Origin: the human T2T-CHM13v2.0 reference genome, Homo sapiens
DNA: 64,000 bases
Reading direction: 5' to 3' (one strand)
Assembly (NCBI RefSeq): GCF_009914755.1
Contig: NC_060936.1
Of this stretch, positions 52,866 to 64,000 are shown in pieces (position 1 is the stretch's first letter; each line of letters begins with the position of its first letter). Both the position numbers and the translations under genes were made by a program. The notes beneath the pieces were generated by a model that was given only the letters and a program-made list of their open reading frames with translations, did no database searches and was not told where the DNA came from.

Positions 52866-55800
52866 TGTTTTCGGATCTTTTTTATTCCTCTTTTGTGAAA
52901 TAACAAAATTTTAAAAATTAGACTTTTTCAGAATTTTCAGGGAATAGGATGCAGATAGATATTCGGATGCCATTAGAGCATGTTCGTTCTTTCACCATGG
53001 TGTACCTCCATCTACTGCACCTACTCCTATTCTCTGCCAATCACAGGAAATGAACTCCTTGCACTTCTATCAAAGATTTATCTGTCACTTGTGCCCTAAA
53101 TCCCATCTGCTTTTTATTTTTATTGTCTTCTTTTTCTTTTTTTAAACTCCTGGGCTCAAGTGATCCTCCCATCTCAGCCTCTATAGTAGATGACACTACA
53201 GGCGCAGGCACAATCTACCATGCTGGCTTCATAGTATGGACATTTTATCCTACAATTGTTCTCTCTCTCTCTCCTTCTCCTTCTCCATTTGCTGTATTTC
53301 CCTTTCCTCCCAGACCATCATTCTTCTTAACATATAATCTTGCTATTTTTTTATAACTTAAAAAACAAATTTATCTTGCCCCACGTTATTTTTCTGTATC
53401 ATTCCTATTTTTTCCAGTAGAGCAAACACTCCAAAAATGTGCTATACTTGCTACATACGCTTGCAGATCTCTAATTCTATACCTCATCTAATTTTTTATA
53501 TCATAACTTCAGATATTCAGCCATCATTTAAACTATTCATTTTGAGGTAGCTGATTCCAATGTTGAATGACTGGTTGTTAAAAAGCTTCTTCCATAAAGT
53601 AATTAAAAATTTTCTTCTTATAATCCATACTAATTTCTCTTCCATATGAAAGCTCTCAAATCTTTGATGACAGCTATTATGTCTTTTAATTATTTCTTTT
53701 CCATATTAAATATCTTTACTTATTTTCAAACATTTCTTATGTAAAACATACTTCAATACTCCAATACTTTTCTTATGCTAATATCACTTTTCTATATCTG
53801 GTGAAATTAGACAATGCTTCTAATAAAATTTTATATTTTAGCTAAACCTATCCAGGAAATAATGTTTTAAATTTAATTAAAAATTAAGCATTTTATGATT
53901 TTCTTTAAAAATATGAATAAATTATACACTATTAACTTTTTTTAGGTTAGGTTAAGCCTAGGGTTGGGCAAAGTCCTACTGAAAGTTATAATAGATTACC
54001 TCATCTCCAAAAAACTGATTTTGTTATGTTTAAGTAATTAGGTCAAATAAACACTGAAGATTTCATGTTCTAGATTTTTCAGGGTAAGGGGAATATAAAT
54101 ATGAATTGAGTACCATAGTTCTACTCATGAAATTCCTTCCATATACAATTTTAACCAGAGGATTAGTAAAAACCAATCATGAAATGCACATAATTGATCA
54201 TTAAAAAGCAGTAGTTTATCATGAAAAGTGCAATTTAGAGCTAAGGACAAAAATGAGATATGGAGAGAAGAGGGTATATTGTGTTCATAATGCCCATCAG
54301 AATTTACTCTGTAGGATACACCACTCCAATTACCAGGTTGTCCAATTGGTTAAAGGCTGTAGATATAGAAAGACTTCCAGAAAGTGTTAGGGATTCAAAT
54401 AAGCCAAATTTATTTGATGCGATAAATACTTTTTTTAGCTAGCAACCTCAGATTACTTTTGTATTTTCAGATGATATAAGGATTTAACAAAAAAAAAGAA
54501 CTGAATTCTTTATCATTCATTTTATACCTTCTTTACTTCTTTATACTAAAAATATACTATGTAGTGGTACATTTTAGGATATTCGTAGCAAAATCTAAAA
54601 AGCTTTCATAAAATTTGAGATTATATTTAGTTTGAGAACATAATTACAGGATTTTTATTCAATGATTTCTTTAGAGGTAAAACTCTATATATTATGCATA
54701 TGTAATACATGCTTATAAATTATAATATATTCTTATATATTATGTATGCCATATATACTTACATATATTATATGTAATCAAATTAAAAGAGAAGTTAAAA
54801 AATAAGTCAGCATATTTTATAAAGAGATAAATTATTTTTAAAAATCCAAACCCCACCCTAAGCTTAGTGTGACACCAAAAATAATCATATAACTTATTCC
54901 TATTTTTTAAAGTGTATAAAATATATAGCCCTTAGTTCAAATTAAAAGATAGCATTTTTTAAAATAGAGTTATCTAAAATGCAAATATATAACTAGCATA
55001 CAGTTCTAAATAGTGTCAATTTTGAAGATATTACTCCACTGTCTAACGGCTTCCATTTGTGATGTTAAAAGTCTTAAACTGATTAACACTCCTTTTTCTC
55101 CTTTTCCCCGCCAGCTGCATTTATAATTTTGTCTTTGCCTTTAGCATTCTGAATTGTCACTCAGATGTGTCTGCAAGTGTGTTTCCTTTTGCTTTTTCTA
55201 CTTAAGTTATGTTGAGTTTCTGGAATATGAAATAGTCTTTGATCAATTCAGGAAAATTCTTAGCTAATATTACGGAGAATATATTTGGTTCTTTTTGTCC
55301 ATGGGAATTTTTTTTTTCTATTTTGTGGCTCACATTTGAAGTTGGTTTGATGACTTACTTGCAAAATTTTTAAATATTTAACAATTTGGTTTTATAAGCC
55401 AGAAAGCTGGTTCCAGCACACCACTGAACATACTTCTATGTAGATAGTGTATTTCTGTCAGCACATTAAAGCTAATTTTTATACTTTCTTTTGATTTTTG
55501 ATTTTAAGAAGAAGAGTTTACTATCTAAAAGCTATCCTTCATTTGTAACTGATCTGATTTCCCTCTGAGTTTAAGATCTCTTTGGTTTTGATGCTCTCAA
55601 TTTTTACCACAATGGGTCTAGGTATGACTTTGATTTTTTGGTTTTCCTCTTCAGGAACCAATTTTGCTTCTGAATATGAGGATTTATGTCTTTCATAAAT
55701 ACTAGGAAATTATCCCTCCAAATCTTACTGCTTCTCATTCCTTTTAGTTTCTATTTATGTAATTTCTATTCAATATACATTGAAACGTCTATTTATATTA

Positions 55801-56008
55801 ATTTCTCAGAAATTCTCTAATTTTCAGTTCTGTATTTTAGGTAATTTCCTCCAATCTATTTTTCAATTCACTAATTCTATCTTGTGTTGTGACTAAATGG
55901 CTGTTCAATCCATCTACTGAGCTTTGAATATCAATTACTATATACTTCAATTATACAAGTTTTATTTTGTTCTTTTAAAAATACATTTTTTTTTATGAAA
56001 CATTGTCA

Positions 56009-56305
56009 TTTTTTTTTTCTTTTTGGACAGAGTCTCACTGTGTTGCCCAGGCTGGAGTGCAGTGGTACAATCTCTATTCACTGCAGCCTCAACCTCCCAA
56101 GGCTCTAGTAATCCTCCCACCTCAGCCTCCCAGGTAGCTGAGACCACAGGTTCATGTCACCACGCACAGCTAACTTTTGTATTTTTTGTAGAGGTGGGGT
56201 TTCACCAAGTTGCCTAAGCTGGTCTTGAAATCCTAGCTCAGGCGATCCTCCCACCTCAGCCTCCCAAAGTACTGAAATGATAGGCGTGAACCACTATGCC
56301 CGACC
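56009..56305 (-). mobile_element. Alu (AluJ-like)
   Basis: Dimeric antisense Alu. Confidence 0.9.
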
Positions 56306-56512
56306 TTAATGTTTTACTTTAAATTTTGTCTTTATTTTACACATACTTATTTAATAATAAACACCTGATAATTCTATTATTTGAACTTCCCATGTGTAAT
56401 TCATTATTTGTTGTATTGACTGACTCTCACTCATATGTAGTTGTTTCTTCTTGAGTTTTGTAATTTTTAAGAGTGAGTTCGCTTCATTTGGGCTTCATAT
56501 TTGAAATACTGA

Positions 56513-56876
<364 letters not shown>

Positions 56877-57129
56877 AAGACCACTCTTAATATTAATTTC
56901 TTGGTTTCACCCAGGATGATTTGAGTTAGCTAAATTTGAACAGTATTTATTATGAATAAAGGACCTATTTTTTTCTTCTAGAGTTCAGGCTGAAACAGAC
57001 ACACTTTCCTGTCATCTTTTTATGTTGGAGAGGATGTTGTTCTAGTTTACAATGATTGCTTCCAGGTGTAGGCAGTTGTCTTACAATCACCTGCCCACCA
57101 AGGCTCCGGGTGCTGCCCTTTCTTTAAAT

Positions 57130-57530
57130 TTAAAACCTCCGTCTTCAATGGTAGGCAAATGACTCAGGTTTTGTTAGCCAATCAGTATATTCTGTCTTCC
57201 TTGATCATAGTGACTGGTTCAGAGTTAAGTCTTGTCATCTAAGCATGAAAAATAAAACTTAATTCTACCATCAGGATGCTTGATGCACAGATTGGTTTTC
57301 TTTGTCTGTTTGCATTGAACTTGCTAGTGAGAGGCTGATGAAGGCCTGAGCAGTGGAGGATCTAGCAAATTGTGAGAATATTGTTAACACAGATGGATGC
57401 AGAGGAGAAACATAAAGGATGGAAATTTAAAAAACCATTTTATTTGAGCCCCTAGGTTCACCATACCTGAATCACCAGATTTTCAATTTATGTGAGTTGA
57501 AGTCTGTTTGAATTGGGTTTCTGCAACCTG
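57130..57530 (+). mobile_element. Old MaLR LTR (MLT1J/K-like)
   Basis: AGCCAATCAG..GATCATAGTGACTGGTTCAG; AAGTCTGTTTGAATTGGGTTTCTG. Confidence 0.5.
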
Positions 57531-57766
57531 GATATGAAACTGTTATCTAGTATAATTGCATAATAGCTATTCTCAGTCTTCCCCCATATTTCTCCTTTTG
57601 GCAAGTGACAGAAAGTATGAATTTGAATGCAAGAGATAGAAAACAAGAAGTAATTTAACTACTATGTAGGCAACCTGGTGATATCTAACTCAGATACACC
57701 TTCTGGGCTGAAGGATTAATCAACTAGCTACTGGTCATTTTGTTAGATAATTCTCAGTTGTCAGCC

Positions 57767-58431
57767 TATATCAGTCAGGATTCAAACAGAGAAACAGAAC
57801 CAGTAGTGTGTGTGTGTGTGTGTGTGTATGTGTGTGTGTGTATATATGTTTTGTTAGTAGATAATTCTCAGTTGTCAGCCTATATCAGTCAGGATTGAGC
57901 CAGAGAAACAATCAGCACTATGTATGTATATGTGTGTGTGTATGTATGTATATATATATATATATATACATACATACACACACACATATGCATACATATA
58001 TATACACACATATGCATACATATATATACACACATATGCATACATATGTATACACATATATACATATATACACATATATATACACAGATACACACACACA
58101 CACATATTTATCTCAAGAAAATAGTTTACACAACTGTGGGGGCTGTCAAGGCAAGTCTAAAATCTGTAGGACAGTCCATCAGGAAAGGCAGGCCAGATCT
58201 TCTGGGCATAATCTGAAGCTGCCTTTCACAGGTGGAATGTCTTTTTTCTCAGGGAAGCCTCAGTTTTGTTCTAAAAGTCTTTCAATTTATTGAATCAGGC
58301 TCAACCAGACTATCCAGGGTAATCTTTCTTACATAAGGACAACTGAAATCACCTTCACAGCAACATATTTGTTAGTGTTTGCATAACAAGACTATAACAC
58401 AGACAAGGTAATATATAAAACTGACCATCAC
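57767..58431 (-). mobile_element. Older MLT2 (ERVL) solo LTR with (TG)n/(TA)n/(CA)n microsatellite
   Basis: TATATCAGTCAGGATTC..AGAGAAACAGAACCAGTAG start; AAACTGACCATCACA end. Confidence 0.75.
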
Positions 58432-60831
58432 ATAGTCTGCTTTGAGAATCGCCTAGGTTGAAGACAGTCTCCTCACCCACGGTCATGGCCCCTTCCCAGA
58501 CCACCATGCATTTAATGACTGATCTGTGCAGGTCCATTAAAGCCTCACTCACTTGCTTCAACTCAGGAAAACCCTGAAGGGTCATATCAACTTAAAAATT
58601 TCTTCTGGTTGACAGAAGCCTTTGTTGAGACTGCGAATTTTACCTTGAGCAATCTTACTTTCTTGCCTTCTTCCTCAGGCATGAAAATATTCTTTAATAA
58701 ACTTTACATGCAAATCCTTCCAGAGAATATCACTCTTGGGAAGCTCAATCTGTAACATGACCCAAAATTCTCTTTATTTATCTTCCTAAAACACACATAA
58801 ACAATACATTTTGTGTGCTCTTTTAAAACCTATTATGAAATAGTAAGACTGTAATCCCCAGTGTATTCTAATGCTGAGACTATATCCACGTGGTGTACCA
58901 TTTTATCTCAGGGACACATACAGCATCTGGAGTATATGTTCAATAAGTGAATATAAATAAATAAAATAAAGCATTAGAGTTGGTTACCACCAATAGTTAA
59001 AATTTCTATTTATAAAAATAGGAATCAGAAATTGTTTCAATCAGCATCTAAATTTATTATAATTGTACTACTGTTGTACAAAACATAAAACATGATGTTC
59101 ATTTTAAACTGAGGGAAGATGATTGAATAAATTTTGCACCACATTAGAAATGACCGATATGTCAAGAATCCCCAAATTAGCTTGTGATGCTTTGTTTCAA
59201 TCAATTTAGATTCTGATTTGCTGGAGTGGAAATGACTCTGAATTTAATGGTGCTGTTTCATTGAATTCTCTTAGAGCCTTTATTATGAATATAATAGCTT
59301 TATTATTATGTTATATTATTCCTACTTGAATGGAGAGGAAAGTTATTGGAAGTTAAAAAAAAGAAGATGCGAGCATGCACACTGCTTCATCTTAGCAGAG
59401 GTGGGTATTGTACCAGTAATGTTGATGACAGACGTTTACATGTTCCTAAAAAATGCTGGGAAAGAATTCATTCTGGATAAATAAGAACTTTTATGTAGAT
59501 ACATTCATTTACCTTTCCTGGTTATGGTCATTGTTAAATCAAACAAAACAACACAAATTTGGGAGGGAGTGTTTATACCACAAATATTTGCAAATGCTAC
59601 AAATCAGGGCTTTTTCCTAGGAAGCTGGTTGTTACTGTGCACCAGCACACATCGTAAAGCTCCAACACTTACTCAAGGACATTGTTCCATCAATTTTTCT
59701 TTCTCCTCATCATGCAATTTTAATCAAATAAAAAAAGGATTTAATGAAAAATGCAGGATGAGTATGTTTACCAAATTTATATTAATTAATCTGTTCAAGG
59801 TAGTAAAACAGTTTTCAAGCATGTGGGGATTAGACAACAAAATCATCACATATATTCAGACATTAGCAATGCAAGTCAGGGATAAAATTGTTTTTTGCTA
59901 AGGAGTTTGTAACTTATGCAAAAAAAATATATTTATTTGGAGTATTAGAACTAGAAAGGGTGACCAATTTTTGTTTGTTGCTTTATCTAGAGTGCAAAGA
60001 GTTTATTTTACTTATAACAGGCAGACACGATGTCATAAGTAAAGTTTAGACAGGCAAACTTATTCATTATGGAAGCAGGACACACTGCCAATTATGCTTC
60101 CACACACAGCTCTCCTGTGTTCAGAACCCTCCAATAGCTACTGATTTCCTTCTGAGGAAAGCAAAAGTCCTTACAAAGTCCCCATATAGAATGCAGCCTC
60201 TATGAAAATGGAACTTTGTTTGCTTTGCTTACTGCTATTTAATCAGCTGGTAAAACAACTCCTGACACACAGTAGATGCTCATTAAATATTTTTTAACAG
60301 TAAGCCAAACTTTTGACTAAAATGACCAAAGGCTTGTTGGAGTAAGATGCGAGTCTGTTATCATTTTTTTCCTTGATCATAGATTTTCTGTGAACATTAT
60401 CTAGACAATCATTATAGTCACTCAATAGTTTCAAGACTTAAAATGTGAGTTCAGTCTACCTGAGGAGTTGAGATAATCAATGAACATGTTGTCAAAAGAG
60501 AATCAGTCCCTCAGTATCTGGAAAATTTAACCATATCATGAGCCATGCTATAGGAAAAGCTTAGTGAAATTATTACACATTAAAATAGATTGAGATATAG
60601 AAAGAGATAAAAATAATAAACTTATACCAGGATTTTTTTTTAGCTTTAGAAATCAGAATACTGTAAAAATAATGGAGGCTAATATTTATAAAATGCTTAT
60701 GATTTATCTGATATTTTTCTAAGTGATTTGATTGCACTGTCTGATTTTATATTCATAATAATACTATGATTTAGGTGTCTTTTATTATTCTCATGTTAGA
60801 GATAATTTAACTTACACCTAAATAACTTTTA

Positions 60832-61134
60832 AATCCCAGCACTTTGGGAGGCCCAGGCAGGAGGATTTCTTGAGCTCAGGAGTTTAAGATCAGCCTGGGC
60901 AACATGGCTAAACGTTTTCTCTACAAAAACATACAAAAATTAGCCAGGCATGATGGTGGGTGCCTATAGTCCCAGCTACTGGGGAGGGTGAGGTGGGAGC
61001 ATCACTTGAGTCCGGGAGACAGAGGTTGCAGTGAGCCAAGGTCGTGCCACTGCCCTCCAGCTTGGGTAACAAAGTGAGACTCTATCTCAAAAATAAATAA
61101 ATAAACAAATACATACATACATACATACATACAT
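60832..61134 (+). mobile_element. Alu (AluJ-like), 5'-trimmed, tail converted to (AAAT)n(ACAT)n
   Basis: AATCCCAGCACTTTGGGAGG...GAGACTCTATCTCAAAAATAAATAAA. Confidence 0.9.
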
Positions 61135-61150
61135 GATTTTTAAAATGTGC

Positions 61151-61325
61151 TGTATCGGTCAGAATTCTCCAGAGATATAGAACTAATAGGACATATACAT
61201 ACATACATATTGAGAGATCTATCTTAAGAAATTGACTCTTGGAATTGTGGGTACTGGCAAGTCTAAAATTTCTAGGGAAGGCTGGCCAGCTGGAAACTCA
61301 AAGAGGAGTGGATATTGCAGTCTTG
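61151..61325 (-). mobile_element. MLT2 LTR fragment
   Basis: TGTATCGGTCAGAATTCTCCAGAGATATAGAACTAATAGG. Confidence 0.65.
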
Positions 61326-61344
61326 TTATGTCTTGTTTTCATTT

Positions 61345-63260
61345 GGTTTTGATTTTTCAGCTTTATTGAGATATAATTGACAAGTAAAAATTGTGCATCT
61401 AACAAGATGTTTTAATATATCTATACATTGTAATATAATTGCCACAATCAAGCTAATTAATATATCCATCACTTCACTTGGTTACCTGTGTGGGTTTGGT
61501 GAAGATGTTTAAGATCTCTTTTAGCAAACTTCAAATGTGTAACACATCATAATTAGCTATAGTGAACATACTGTACATTAGGTCTACAGAACTCACTCAA
61601 TTTATAATTGCAAGTTTGTACTCTTTGACTGACATCATCCCATTTTTTCCCATCCCTGACTCCTGGTAACCACCTTTCTACTCTCTGCTTCTATAAGTAT
61701 TTTTTTTTTTTTTTTTTTTTTTTGTGACGGAGTCTCGCTCTGTCACCCAGGCTGGTGTGCAGCAGCGTGATCTCAGCTCAAAGCAACCTCCGTCTCCTTA
61801 GTTCAAGTGATTCTCCTGCGTCAGCCTCCCAAGTAGCTGGGACTACAGGCACGTGCCATCACACCTGGCTGATTTTTTGTATTTTTAGCAGAGACACGGT
61901 TTCACCCTGTTAGCCAGGATGTCTCCATTTATGAGTTTGATTTTTTAAAATTCCACATAAAAGTGAAACAGTCCATTATTTTTCCCTCTGTAGCTGGCTT
62001 ATTTCATTAGCATAAGGTCCCCCAGGTTCATCCATGTTGTTATAAATTATAGGATTTCCTTCTTTTTCAAGACTAAATAATAGTTCACAATAATATTGTG
62101 TATATATATATATGTGTGTCTGTGTATATATGTATCACATTTTTTATCCATTTATCTGTCAAAGAACACTTGGGTTGATTCCATATCTTGGCTTTTATGA
62201 ACACTGCCACAATGAACATGGTAATGCAATTATCTCTTTCACATACTTATTTCATTTCTTTTGGCTATATACCCAAAAGTGGGATTGCAGGATCATAGGT
62301 AGTTCTATTGTTTTGTTGTGTGGTTTTTCTTTTTTTTTTTTTTTTGGCAGAAACTTCATACTGTAAATCACAATGGTTGTACTAATTTACATTCCCATCA
62401 AAAATGCGCAAGGGTTTCCTTTCTCCACAACCTCACCAACACTTATCTTTCATCTTTTTGATAATAGCCATCCTAACAAGTGTATGTTAATATCTCATGG
62501 TTTCGCATTGCATTTTTCTCAATTAGCGATGTTGAGCACCTTTTCATATGCCTGTTGACCATTTGTATCTTTTCTTTGAAAAAAAAATGTCTATTCAGGT
62601 TCTCTGCCCATTTCAAAATTGGATTATTCTATTTTTGTTTGTTTTACTGTTTGCTATTGAGTTGTATGAGTTAATTATATGGTTTGACTGCTAACCACCT
62701 AATGGATATATGGTTTGTAAATATTTTCTCCCAATCCATAGTTCCCTGTTCATTTTGTAGATTTTTTTCCTTTGCTGAAAAGAAACTTTTTAGTTTGATT
62801 TAGTTCACTTGTTTACTTTTGCTTTTGTTGCCTGTGCTTTTGTTGTCATATCCAAAAAATCATTACCAAGATGAGTGTCATAGACGTTTTTCCTTTTGCT
62901 TTCTCCTAGGAGTTTTACTACTTGGGGTCTTAGGTTTAAATATTTAATTCATTTAAGTTGATTTTGGAGTATGATGTAAGATAACGATCAAATTTCATTT
63001 TTTTTTTTGCATTTGGATATCAAGTTTCTCTAACACATTTCTTGAAAAAGCTATTATTTTCCTCATTGTGTATTCTTGGCTCTTTTGTCAAAGACTAGTT
63101 GACTGACTGTATATATGCAAATATATTTCTGAACTTTCTATTCTGTTCCATTGTTGTATGTGTCTATTTTTAGGCCAGTATTATACTGTTTTGATTACTA
63201 TAGCTTTGTAATAATATAATTTGCAGTCAGGAAGTATATGTCTCCAGCTTTGCTTTTGGT
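61345..63260 (-). mobile_element. L1MA/L1MB 3' part with a 5'-truncated Alu at ~61700-61922
   Basis: TTTATTGAGATATAATTGACAAGTAAAAATTG tail; collinear antisense ORF2 3' region. Confidence 0.85.
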
Positions 63261-63274
63261 TGATGAACATTCGT

Positions 63275-64000
63275 ATGGGAGATAAATAGCACCATACTGC
63301 ATTAGGAGTGGCTCAGGTAACCTATAACAAAGAATTCTCTATTTTCCTTCCTATTCCTTACTACCTTGCTTTCATTCATTTCACTTATTCATAGCTATAA
63401 CCACCCAAAAAGGTGTCGCTATTATTACTGTCAACAAGTTATTATCCATTCGATTAATTTAAATATTTATTTTTAATCTTCATTTACTACTTCCCTAATG
63501 CTCTTCCTTCTTTATGTAGCTCCGAATTTCTCACCTATATTGTTTTTTCTCTGAAAAATGTGTTTTAATATATCTTGCACGGTAGGTGACAAATAGGTTC
63601 AGTTTTTGGTTTGTTTGAGAAAGTCGTTATTTCTCCTTCACTTTTGAAGGATAATTGTGCTGAATATATAAGTCTGTATTGGTGGTCATTCATATTCTTT
63701 TTACTTGCATGTCTTTTGAGGAAAAGTCCAATGTAATTCTTATTCTTAGTCCTTATAGATAAGGTATTTTATCCTCTCCTATGGGTTCCTTCAAGATTAT
63801 ATATTTGTCTTTGATTTTCTGCAATTTGAATGGAATATGCCTACCTACAGATTGGTAGGTATCTTTTTTGCTTGGTATTCTCTGCCCTTTCTTGATCTGT
63901 GATTTGGTGTGTGCTATTAATTAAAATTCTCAGTCATTATTGGTTCAAATATTACTTCGATTTCTTTCTTCTCTTTCTAGTTTCTCCATTATGCATATGT
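63275..64000 (-). mobile_element. Ancient L1M ORF1/inter-ORF fragment
   Basis: TTTCTCCTTCACTTTTGAAGGATAATT...GAGGAAAAGTCCAATGTAATTCTTAT...AAATTCTCAGTCATTATT. Confidence 0.65.

Noticed and set aside
57875-58293. Overlapping C/V/Y/H/T-rich ORFs
   Set aside because: Translations of (TG)/(TA)/(CA) microsatellite sequence.
59524-59901. 125-aa ATG ORF in apparently unique DNA
   Set aside because: No recognisable domain, coding-like composition or splice context; may be enhancer-like DNA but this cannot be supported from sequence alone.

Overview
This is AT-rich primate (hominoid-like, judged from AluY and young L1PA) non-coding DNA made mostly of transposable elements. I found no confidently identifiable host protein-coding exon, RNA gene or CRISPR array. 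The main structures are: (i) a defective HERV-L provirus with an MLT2A LTR (29376-34224) that has lost most of integrase and its 3' LTR but keeps both target-site duplications (TSDs); (ii) a near-complete but ORF-disrupted HERV9/LTR12-type provirus (35495-44792) with a tRNA-Pro primer binding site (PBS), nested inside a short L1PA that is itself inside an older L1MA; (iii) many Alu, L1, L2, MIR, MaLR, ERV1-LTR and DNA-transposon relics. The least ordinary signals are several short local templated copies or duplications (17044/18793, 21203/23600, 45694/46032, 57744/57858), an atypical L1 that keeps its 5' end but lacks its 3' end, a twin-primed L1 with a probable 3' transduction, and a speculative three-exon spliced micro-ORF at 11252-12038. 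Subfamily names come from recalled consensus sequences and need RepeatMasker/Dfam confirmation. I see no solid evidence for a wholly new biological system.
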